A stretch of DNA of 64,000 bases from Schmidtea polychroa. Taxonomy: Eukaryota. A model generated the notes under the pieces. The model did no database searches, was not told the DNA's origin, and saw only the letters and a list, made by a program, of their open reading frames with translations. Positions 37,594 to 48,628 of the stretch are shown here, one piece after another. Where the stretch lies: NCBI GenBank assembly GCA_044892525.1, contig CM097885.1, forward strand, positions 45,200,001 through 45,264,000, written 5' to 3'. The stretch's first letter is position 1; each line of letters begins with the position of its first letter. Made by a program: the position numbers and the translations under genes.

Positions 37594-39129
37594 TGTTAAA
37601 TAATTCAAAGTTCGGTATATTCTAAAATCTATTTTATGACATAACATTTCAAAAATGTATCTCTTTAGGATCGAAGACTATTTGTAATAATGAACATAAA
37701 ATATTATACATGTTTTAGGCGTGCAATATTCAAAATATTTACGATAACTATTAATTAGGTAATTGAATTATTAGATTACTTATATCCCTCTTTAAAAGGT
37801 TTTAACCATTCAATATTCCGAATGATCGTATAACCTGAATTGTCTAACATTTCATAACTGTTTTCATGTATTTTCTTTGTTATTTCCATGGGAACTATGC
37901 ATCAATTATCATCTTTATTTCGTAAATCTATTTTGATTGATATTTTATCTGCAATGTTGAAAGTTATTTTATGATTGTCGTAACGGTTGGTTTTATTACG
38001 CTCTTTAATTTCTTGTATTATTTTTCTATTGATATTTTCGATATAGTCCGGCATGCTTTTATTTGCTGTTATGTCTCGTTGTACGAAACAATGTTTGTTT
38101 ATGCGTTTGCCAAAGATAACTTTACTGGAGAATGTTTAGTAGTCTTTTGAATTTAGTAAACATTTATTATTTATAATGTTACTAATATTAATACATTTAT
38201 GTAATTCAATTAATCTGATATTCATTTCGTTTAATATATCAATGCCTAAAATAATTTCTGGGTAAGTTTCATTTGCAATGTAAAAACTTGCAGTTATAAT
38301 CAAGTTTTCGTATTTAATTTCAATATTCCCATTAGCACAACTCGGCTTTTGATAATTTCCACTCTCGATATTAATTTTCATTAGTTCAGCTACTATCTTA
38401 CTTAAAACACTAATTTCATCCCCTGTATCTAATAAGCAATTGAATTCTATATTATTCATTTTAATCTTAATAAATAGCCTGTAATTTCGTAACGCTGAAT
38501 TTCTCTTCTGTCTTTTTCACAATCTAAACAATATTTTAATAACAATGCTGTTAATTTACTGATTGTAATTTTGCGCCTCATTACACCCTCAAATTTTTCT
38601 CTATAGTCTTGATGTAGTCGTCAACAGTTGGATTGGCTTTTCGGTAGCTCAAAGTCTTTGACGAGCCAAAGCATTTTGTATATAATCCACTATATTTGTT
38701 TGTACTTAAACAGCCTATCTTAATCTATCTTTTAAAATGTTCTCATATTTCTTCCTGCTTCTCTCGTCTAAATATGCTCGAACAACAAATTTTCTTTGCT
38801 GTTCATCTAGTTTGATCTTATCAAAATAGTTTTTTATTGATATGACAAATTATTCAAAATCTTCACCAATTGAGTAAAATTTCTGCAGCAATTCGGATAC
38901 TCCTAAGTTGTTCGTGGTCGCCATGTTAAATGATTCAAAGTCTGATATATTCTAAAATCTATTTTATGACATAACAGTTCAAGTATTGTGTCTTTATTAT
39001 GTAATAACTATTGTGTAATAATGAACATGAAATATAAGACATGTTTGAAACATACTATAACATACACACACTCATCAAACCATATACGATAGTTATTAAT
39101 TAGGTAATTTAATTATTAGATTACTTATA
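37594..39129 (-). mobile_element. Small deleted LTR retroelement (~1.5 kb) with gag and protease relics
   Basis: Diverged LTRs at 37594-37784 and 38924-39129. PBS TGGCGACCACGAA (tRNA-Arg-like) at 38911-38923. PPT AAAGAGGG next to the 3' LTR. Protease motifs LLDTG and IILGIDIL in 38136-38459. Confidence 0.85.
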
Positions 39130-40144
39130 TATGGCATTTTATTTTCCATTAACCTTTCCTTCTTTTGTCGTGGTTGAAGGATTTGTTGCCGATTATCCTA
39201 ATTCATGGAAACCCATTCACTTGACAATCAGCTGAGAATCCATTAAATAATGGCTTTTGTGTTGAAACTTTATTAATTAATTAATTTATTTTTTACACTC
39301 AGACCCTTCTATAGATCTCTGATAAGTTCGAGCTTATTTTATTCGTCTTCAAAATCTCATTTGTCACCGATCACCACTCTCCCCGAAAAAGGTTGATTTT
39401 CACTTTTCAAAATTTGAATTAATTTTCATGATTCGTATATATATTATAATTATAATACCAATGTTATAATAATAAATTGTTATCAAATGTTAATTCCTTA
39501 AAAATAAAATAGATACAATTATATGAGGTTATGAAAATTTATTGTTGATCAAATATCTTACTAAAATCATTTAAGATGTAAAAGTAAAAATGTATTATAA
39601 AACAAAATCTTTTTGATAAAATTGAAGGACTGCAGGTGTCCACATTTCTTAGAACAGCCACAAAACATAATGACGGAATATTGTAACGAATTGAATTTTT
39701 TAATAATAAATTTTATTATTTTATTACCAATATTATTATTAGTATATTTTTAAAGAAAATTATCTTTTGTTTGATTGAATTATCAAATAATAAAATTCAA
39801 AATTCAAATAAATATTATTAATTACTTAATATATATTATTATATTATATTTTTTAATATTTGGCAATTTACTGCGGGGATTATCTTCCGCAAGTTTTTCA
39901 TTTTGCAACAAATTTAAAATTTAAGGCATTACAACAAACTTTTCCACATTTATATTAGTTTTGGAAAATATTGCCGCTTTATTTCAAGTTTTCACACTGA
40001 ACCAAATTTTGTCCAGCAGTTTTCAAACAAAAATTTAATTAATTATTTTTACTGCGTTTTTGAGAAATTGTTTTTTACAGAGCAATGCATGAATGTGGAA
40101 TTCTAAAAAATAATAAATACCAATGACAAATTCGTCTCAATAAC

Positions 40145-40744
40145 TGTTGAGTTATTAATGAATAAATCTGTTAATTCCTGACTCTTCGTGTCCCTTTTAC
40201 AAACCAATTGACTAAAATCTAACACAGAACCAATTTATTGATTCTCAATTCAATTTACAATTTGACACACTATTTGCACTTTTCTTTCAGAACTTTATCT
40301 AATGAATGCAGATATTCTAATGGGTGATCGCCTTTTCTGGAAACGATTTGTTCATTTAGAGTTTATACTCAAAGTATGTTTCGCTGACCTCTGGTTGATT
40401 CATTTATGATTCGCTTAAAATAATTCTTTGTCTTATATTTCTGTTCGACCAACTGGGGCCAGCTTGCTTCTTGCAGGCTTTCTGTTTAAATTATCTCTCC
40501 GAGCAATTATTTCTCAATTATTCCCGAAATTCAGGCCAAATTACTTTCACGACAAGGCAATTGTTCGGTCTCGCCATTGATTTTTTATCTGAAAATCAGT
40601 TAGATCATATAATTATTTCCCGGTATTCATTTGCTGCTTGACTCTCTATACGTCTCGAATTTCCATTTGACTCGGGCTTTCCTTTAATTAATTAATTTTA
40701 ATTATATTCGTATTTCGTTGTAACTTTATCTAGGGACCTTTCAC
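40145..40744 (-). repeat. Probable solo LTR, distantly related to 12621-13344
   Basis: Starts TGTTGAG and shares ctgac.c.tcgtgtcc near one end and ccatt.g.ctcggg.tttc...ggacct near the other. TAAC flanks both sides. Confidence 0.55.
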
Positions 40745-41647
40745 TAACTTTTTATTATTATTTTTGGGTTTATCTTTATTTTCAGCGTTCAACCATACCC
40801 ATTTCCCCCGATCAATATTAATTTTCAAGTTTCAAAAATTTTTAATTAATTTTTGCACTTTTATTATTTTGGTGTTTTTATTGATTTTGACAGTGTTTGT
40901 TTTATTTTGTGTTTTTCTATACTAACCCAACATAACTTTGACCAATTTGAAAATGCAAATATAGTCTACATACACGAGCAACGATAAAACAAATAAGTCT
41001 CCTTTAAGAAATACAGGCTCCAGAATTACTTTTAAAATTAAATGAAAATATTTTAATTAATGTATTGCTTGAAATGTAAACTCAATGTTGAACATTATTG
41101 AATTACATAAAGCAGCCTAGATAGTGTATTGTGACATTTCTATTTTAATTTTACATTTGATTGTAAGATTTCATCTTTACTTCATTTTAACATTACCATT
41201 ATTTTCTTACGTGTCTATTTAAAAATATCAGAAAAGGTTTATTACAGAAGAAAAATGAATTAGAAAATAGCATCCGAAAGCTGTGGAATTTCTTAGTAAG
41301 CTTGTTAATTTGTCGAAAATTTTTATCGATTAATTTTAAAAAATTTATTAAAATCGATAATAGAAATCAAATTTTAAAGTTTTATAAAAATTAAAGTTTT
41401 CCGTGTTTTAAAACAACAATACATTAACAAAATTCTATAAAATAAAATTTTCAAAATTTTAATTACATTTCTATTATTATTTGTGTAGTTAAATCCATCT
41501 TTAGATCCATCTTTAAATTTGCAGCAAAAATCTTGAAACTAACAATATATATTTAATCAAAGAATTTCTAAATAACAAGTTTTAATTAATTCGCAAAACC
41601 GCCAATTCCAAATTATTTAAACAAACAGATATCTAACTCTCCCCTTC

Positions 41648-44600
41648 TTAAGAATTTTTCCACTTCTTCAGCCACTCGATTCTTCTTTCTTTCGTTCCTT
41701 CTTGTGAATGTAGTTCGACTCGATGAGGTGATAGAAATCTGGCGATTTTATATGGGCCATCGTATTGCATACCATCCTTGTGCCTGTTCTGCGGCTCTTT
41801 ACGTACGAGTACCTCCTCCCCCACCTCGAAAACACGAGTGCCCCTCTTTGTCTTATCCATGGCTCTCATAATGTCTGCGGCTTTACTCGAATTAAATCTC
41901 GCGTCTTCGATTCTTTCGCTTCTTGATATCTCGGCTTGTTTCAGGTTAGAGTGTAGGTTAACACTCCGTCCATAGATTATCTCAAATGGTGATAAACCTG
42001 TAGCACTTTGTCGACTGCTATTTATAGTGAACTCTATTCTGGGTAGAAGTTCGTGCCAGTTTCTCTCTTCACATCCGCCTGCCAATGTTGCTGTAATAAG
42101 ATCTCTTATCGTTCGTATGGCTCTTTCGGCTAAACCATTTGATTGGTGCTGATAAGGTGAGCTGAATTCCTGTTTGATTCCAAGTTTCTGTAGCTTCTGT
42201 CTTAGGAAATTCCCTTCGAAATTTCGGCCTCTATCTGTTAAAATGCACTTCGGTTTTCCAAATCGATAGATCCAACTATTAAGTATTGTTTTGAAAATGG
42301 TCCCTTCGTCTTGCTTTGTGATTGCAGTTAAAGAAATCAGTTTGCTAAAACGGTCCACCATTACTACCATATATTTTTTCATGGCGTTTATTTCCATGTA
42401 AGCCACATCTAAAACAATCTGTTCTAGGAATTCAGAGCTATATCTAGGAATAAATGTTTCCTTGGTTCTTGTCTGATCGATCTTTCTCTTAGCGCAGATC
42501 TCGCAACATCGTAAACAGAGTTGGATTGTTTCTTGCATTTTCGGCCAATAAAATATCTTTTCCATATAATGAAATAATTTCTTAACTCCAATGTGACATA
42601 GTTCTTCATGTAGTGTTGTTGTTAACAGGCCTGCAAATGTTTCTGGGACTAACATTAAGATATTTTTGTTCTTTTCTACTGTTATTAATCCTCCATCAAT
42701 TCGTGTATTTTTTACGTTAAAAGGAAAACAATTCTTTTTCTCCCGTGTACATCCATTTTCCAATATCTCTCGCAGCTCTTGAAACCGAATGTCCTTTTGT
42801 TGTTGTTCCCATACTTTTTCCATAGCTTCTGTTCTTTGGATAGTATATATATATATCTAATCTTTGATTTTCCTTGCTTAGCTTCTTCATGTCTTGTTTG
42901 ACACTGGGTGCAAATCATACTTTTTAATCTTGATAGTCCATCTGCATTCGAGTGTTCTTCTCCTTTCCGATATTTTAGTTCAAAATCATATTCCGACAGG
43001 TTAGCTAACCATGTTTGGAACTGCGGACTGATTGGCGTTTTTGTAGTGTTCATGAAAACCAATGCCTTGTGGTCGGTGCGAATTATGAATTTTTTTCCGT
43101 ACAGATATTCTCTAAAATGCATGACGTATTCATGTACGGCGAGCAGTTCTTTCCTGGTTACACAGTATCCCTTTTCATGTGATGACATATGTCTCGAGCC
43201 ATAAGCTATGACAGATTCTTCTCCATCTTCTGTAATTTGACTCAAAACTGCACCAATGGCTCCAAAACTAGCGTCTGTGTCTAAGATAAAAGTCCTATCT
43301 TCTCTTGGAAAATCAAGGATAGGTGCTTCGCACAACCGTCTCTTCAGAGTTTGGAAGCTCTCATTGCATTCTTTAGTCCAATTTATATCTTTATCGCATC
43401 CAGATGTTGCAGCGTATAATGGTTCGGCGATTTTGGCATAGTCTTTGATGAATCTTCTATAGTAGTTCGTTAATCCGAGAAACGATCTCAATTGTTTTGA
43501 ACATTTTGGTACTTCTGCTTTCTCGATCTCTTCCACTTTCTTCCTGTTTGTCTGGATACCCTTCTCGTTAATTGTGTGACCAAGGAAACACAATTCTGTT
43601 TTATTGAATTTGCATTTGTCTGGATTTATCTTCAGTCCTGCCACTTGAATGCTTCTGAATATTTCCCTTAATAGCTCATCGTGGTCTTTTTGACTTTTAC
43701 CATATACCAAGATATCATCTAGATAAACTACTACTCCCTTGAATAGCATTCCTTCTAGCACTGTGTGCATCAGTCTCTGGAATGTCGCAGGAGCTGTTGC
43801 TAAGCCAAATGGTAGTCTATTGAAGCAAAATTGTCCTTCTCTTGTACTGAATGCAGTCATCTCTTGAATTTCTGGAGCTAACTCCACTTGATAATACGCC
43901 TGACCTAAATCGATTGACGAAAATATTTTTGCATTCGCGAGACAGTCTAGTAAGAATTTGGTGTTAGGCATCGGAAATGACTCTTTTTCTGTTATGGAAT
44001 TTAATCCACGATAATCTACACACATCCTGATAGATCCATCTTTCTTCCCTACTATCACTAACGGGGCATTCCAAGGACTCTTGCAACACCGAATAACATT
44101 TGCTTTCATTAACTCTTTTATCAGTTCTTCAATCTTTTTCTCCATGTGCATTGGTTGACGTCGAGGATGTTGCATTATTGGGCCTCCTGTTATCCGCATC
44201 TCATGTCGAACTAAGTTTGTAAATCCCAGATCGAATTTCGATGCCATAAAAATTCCGCCGAATTCCCTGATCATTCCTTCAATATCTTTATTATTCTCAC
44301 CTGCCATCGCCACTAGTGCTTTATTTATTCTTTCTTCATCAGTGTAAATTTTGTTTATCAATGACGTTTCTATATTATTGATTTTCATTAACTTTACTCC
44401 AAACTCTTTCATTGTATCAATGCCCCCTATGAATTCGGGTTTGATCTCTTTTACCACTACTACTGTGATCATTTTGGTCTTCTGATTCCACGTGGCCGGT
44501 ATAGTCATGTATCCCATTGCTTCTTCACCTCCAGTTGAAAAAACTCCGCACAATAATATCATACTACGTTTAAGTTCTGGTTTGCCTATTTTCTCCCACA

Positions 44601-44804
44601 AATTCTTGCTCATAACTGTTACTGATGCTCCAGAATCCCATAACATCTCTGTTTCGGCATTATTCAACATTATTTTACTCCAATTTCTTCCATCTTTCGT
44701 CTGGTACATCTCTTCTTCTGCCTCGTCTCTTCGTTGTTCATTTCCTATTTCACAATTTATTGTCTTGACTCCACCGACGAAATGAAACCCATGGAGTCGC
44801 TGAT
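41648..44804 (-). CDS. pol: Pol (PR-RT-RNase H-IN), entered by a -1 frameshift and broken by one frameshift near 42850
   Basis: WDSGA, LPFGL, YLDD, TDAS...NADGLSR, HHCC, and D,D,E motifs (LDVA, TDRG, AER). Confidence 0.95.
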
Positions 44805-46064
44805 GTTTTTTCCGTCTTCTCTCAATATAGTATATTTCTCAGGGACATTGTATCTATCTTCCATATTGCTGTGATCCATTCTGAAATCCTGGCTGGTCTC
44901 GGTGTAATCTCTTGTTTCAGATTTTGAATCTTCTTCTTCTATGCACGCTATTCTTTGATATCGTTGTGGAACATCTTTCCGTAACGAAAAACAATCTCGG
45001 AACCCGTGTCCTTCCTTGCCACATATCAGACATTTATTTCCCAGTGGACACTCATACCTTCTATGTCCCCTTTCGCCACAGCAAAAACAATCACCTACCG
45101 TTAATTTTGGGACCGATGCTTGTGGTAGTCCCCTACTTTCATTGTACAGCCTCCTTGCAATATTCTTCATGGATATTGTTGGCAGCTTCCTTTCTGAGCT
45201 ATTCGGGATTCTCGCATTTCTCAAGAATTGTTGTCTTGGAGATTGTTCTCGACGACCATGGTTATTTCCTTCGTATTGTATTGGTCCGCGTATAGGATGT
45301 TCGTCTCTTCTTGATCTGTGGTGACTAAATTGGTCCTCTGGTAGTCTTCTTTGTGATGATGTATGCATGGGATCTTGGGTATTCTTTTGAATTCTCATCT
45401 GCCCTCCCTCAGTCACGCTAGCGTATGTTCTTTGACCGATTGCTTTAATAAATTCTATTTTATGGTTTCCATTTTTGTTACTTTCAAATATTTTCGCCAA
45501 TGATCTCGTTTCTTCAATTTTTGTTTCTGGTTTCGTCAATAGTATCTCTCTCAGTCTCGCATCGCGTGCTTTATTTGCGATGAGATCTTGAACAATATCT
45601 TCTTCTGATCGTCCTGAATTTATAACTTCAGCTAAAGCTTTCCTTAGCCGTATTTCAAAAGCTGCAAACCTTTCATCATCTTCCTGTTCCATAGCTGCCA
45701 ATTCTCTGATTTTGTCAGTTATTGATTTTGTAATTGTGAACGTATTTAAGAACCACGCTTTGGCTTTTACATCTGTTGTTTCTGTTTCTCTGACGTTTCC
45801 CCACAATGTCTTTGCTTCTGCCACTAATAACACATCGAAAGTGCTTGTCAATCGCTGTCCATTTGTCAGCAACCATTCTTCTATATCCCTGATCCATTCT
45901 TCGGCTTCTTTTAAACCTCGTCCATCATATCGTCTGATGTTCAATGTGAGCATGTCTTGGCATGATTTCGGTAGGCATTCCATTAGCGATTTTGTCGATT
46001 TTGAAATGGCGTTGATATTTTGATTTTCGGCGTGGTCACCAGTTAAATCCATCTTTAGATCCAT
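44757..46064 (-). CDS. gag: Gag with two CCHC zinc knuckles
   Basis: CFCCGERGHRRYEC and CLICGKEGHGFRDC in a 435-aa open frame. Confidence 0.93.
   Translation of the reverse strand: MDLKMDLTGDHAENQNINAISKSTKSLMECLPKSCQDMLTLNIRRYDGRGLKEAEEWIRDIEEWLLTNGQRLTSTFDVLLVAEAKTLWGNVRETETTDVKAKAWFLNTFTITKSITDKIRELAAMEQEDDERFAAFEIRLRKALAEVINSGRSEEDIVQDLIANKARDARLREILLTKPETKIEETRSLAKIFESNKNGNHKIEFIKAIGQRTYASVTEGGQMRIQKNTQDPMHTSSQRRLPEDQFSHHRSRRDEHPIRGPIQYEGNNHGRREQSPRQQFLRNARIPNSSERKLPTISMKNIARRLYNESRGLPQASVPKLTVGDCFCCGERGHRRYECPLGNKCLICGKEGHGFRDCFSLRKDVPQRYQRIACIEEEDSKSETRDYTETSQDFRMDHSNMEDRYNVPEKYTILREDGKNISDSMGFISSVESRQ
44767..44811 (-). promoter_or_regulatory. -1 ribosomal frameshift signal
   Basis: Slippery A AAA AAC (44811-44805), a 6-nt spacer, then the stem GACTCCA...TGGAGTC. 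The -1 frame is open into the protease. Confidence 0.8.
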
Positions 46065-47379
46065 CTTTAAATTTGCAGCAAAAATCTTGAAACTAACAAT
46101 ATATATTTAATCAAAGAATTTCTAAATAACAAGTTTTAATTAATTCGCAAAACCGCCAATTCCAAATTATTTAAACAAACAGATATCTAACTTGTGTAAT
46201 AGACAAAAATTCAAATAAATAAGTTAAATTCTAATTAATTAATTTTTCTTATGGATATTTTATTCAACAATTAAAAGTCTTTGAGTATAAAGTGATGATT
46301 TTTTGGTAGCAGCATTAATTAAATGTTAAACAATTAAATGATAATATAAGCCTTTTGCTGCGAAGTATATATTCAATAAAATGAAAAAACTTTCGACTAT
46401 AAAAATAATTCTTATCAAAAAGTCTTATTAAAAATATTAAAATAAAAATGATAACTTTCAAATTAAATTTGAAAAGGTAAACTTTTTAATTAAAATGAAG
46501 TATTTGTGATATTCATTGAAATTGTTAGTAGATGGGTTGGATAAGACCAACTGGATGAGACCCTTCTGTTGACGATTTTACTAAAAAACTAATATTTTTA
46601 TGTAGGTCAACTAAAATTTATTGATTTTTCATAATTTTTTCAAATCGAATTTTAAAGTAGAATTCCGCTGGCTCAAAGTAGGTCACAGACATATGCACAT
46701 TATATAGTTTAATTAAATCAAGTTTAAAAGTAGGATCCCGCTGGCTCAAAGTTGGTTATATAAATATTATATATGTTTAATAGATACACACACTATATAT
46801 TTTTATTCTTAAATCATATATATATATTAATATTATTTTGCTCCAACATATTTTATTTCTTATGAAATTGATGCTCAGTATCCGAAAAAGATCAAATTAA
46901 AAAATACGTTGGCATTTGTATTAATAATAATAGAAAGAAAATAGTTAACTTCTTGTGTTATGATAAAACTCCTAATTTATATTGAATAAAACAAATATTT
47001 CACAGATAAGCCGAAAATGTACAGTAAATAAATTGGCATCTTATTCACAAAGTTCTGATATTGTGCACTGTGTATTAATATCATTGATATCCAATTATAT
47101 CCACCCTTAGCTAATGTCACCAAATGTTAAAACTTGCTATTAAGTAATTCATATTTCAATAGAAATAATTATTTTTTATCCCAAAGTTTATTTTCCTAAA
47201 TTTTTATGTGAAGCTAAAAGCGAATTTCTGACATTGATAATTTTTATAGTTCAGAAGTTTATCTGAATAATGGCTATCGGCTGAACTATTCTTCCATTTA
47301 TGATTTACTCTGAAAAGTAAGACAATTATTACTCTTTCATTTTCATTTTTAATAATAAATTTTCCTTCTAATAAATTCA

Positions 47380-48007
47380 GACCTGGGCGTCTATTTATTT
47401 CGCCCAAAAAAATTAGCAAAAATGCGCCTTGGGCTGCATTTCGAGAAAGGTCTCATTTTTTTAAAAATAAAAAAACTTTAAATTATATAAAAACAAATCT
47501 ATTAAGTCAGTTAATTAAATCGATTTTATTCAAGAATAACCATTTCATCTTTTTTCAAAACATTATCTTGCTAATATAGAGCTGAAAAATCTGTAGGCCT
47601 CAATCGTCCATGTTTAACAATGTAAGGAAAACTAAAAAACAAAAAGGATCTATCTAAATATATATAAATATCCTGCACGCAAAGCTTTAGATACACATTC
47701 ATCCGAAATTTTACTCCAAACAAATTTGAAACAGCCGAAAACCTCCTTCACCTCGGGTTAAATAAAGTTACCTTTTTTATTTCGCTCTCTTTTGGTTTTA
47801 ATATAAATGTTTATTTCTTCTCGAATATAATTCTTGAATGGCTTATTTATGTCTTTACTTTGAAGACAAGAGGTCATGCCTGACGAAATCATGATTTGGT
47901 AAATATTTTGACTAGAGAGATATTTTTTGATTGCATTAGCTCGCTGTGTACTTGAAGAGTCCCACACTAAAAGTATCTTTTGATTATACTGTAAAAATGA
48001 GTGGAAA
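47380..48007 (-). pseudogene. pogo-family DDE transposase relic, interrupted by an LTR
   Basis: ILLVWDS...ISSGMTSCLQSKD.INKPFKNYIRE. Confidence 0.7.
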
Positions 48008-48628
48008 TGTTGGGTTTTAGCTAATTTAAGTAGGTAACCCCTGACTCCTCGTGTCCTTTTAATCAAAACAGTAAACTACCCAACATATATTTGAATCAAA
48101 AAATTATATTTCTCTCCACAATAAATAATCAATAACCAAAGTTCACGTTTGACCGATTCTCCGCTTGGTGTTGATGCTTTGTCAAAAGATAATATTCACC
48201 TTTATATTTCTTAGCTTCTCTTGACCAACGTTTTCCTTTTTTTGTATCCGATTTGATTTGATTCCTTTTCACTCTTTCGTATCTCCTACTCTATATTTCC
48301 TTTTTCCCTAATCTCCTTAATTCGTCTTTATCGTTTGCCTATTCTCATTTTCTTCTAACACTAGCTGAGGCACAATGCCGATTATTTTGAATTTCGACTC
48401 TGCTTTTTCACTTTTTTTTCACTTTGATTAATCGGTTTTTGACCTGATTGCTCCTATCTGAAAAATGGTTTGACAACCGGCTCCTTGAACGTTGTTTGCA
48501 CCATATCATGATTAATAGACTCCCTTTGCTAATCCTTCATAATAGTCCTAACTTTGTTTGTATCCATTAATCATGCTGTCATGATAATGGCCTTCCAAGA
48601 TTCTCATTTTGTTTACTTTTCATGTTAA
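48008..48628 (-). repeat. Truncated LTR of the 18780-19759 family
   Basis: Begins TGTTGGGTTTTAG and is highly similar to the reverse complement of ~19156-19759. Confidence 0.9.

Larger units (their letters stand above)
41487..46192 (-). mobile_element. Near-intact recent Ty3/gypsy retrotransposon (4706 bp)
   Basis: Identical 152-bp LTRs (41487-41638 and 46041-46192) with AGTTA...TAACT ends. 5-bp TSD TGTGT. PBS (T)GGTGACCACGCCG and PPT AGAAGGGGAG. Confidence 0.97.
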
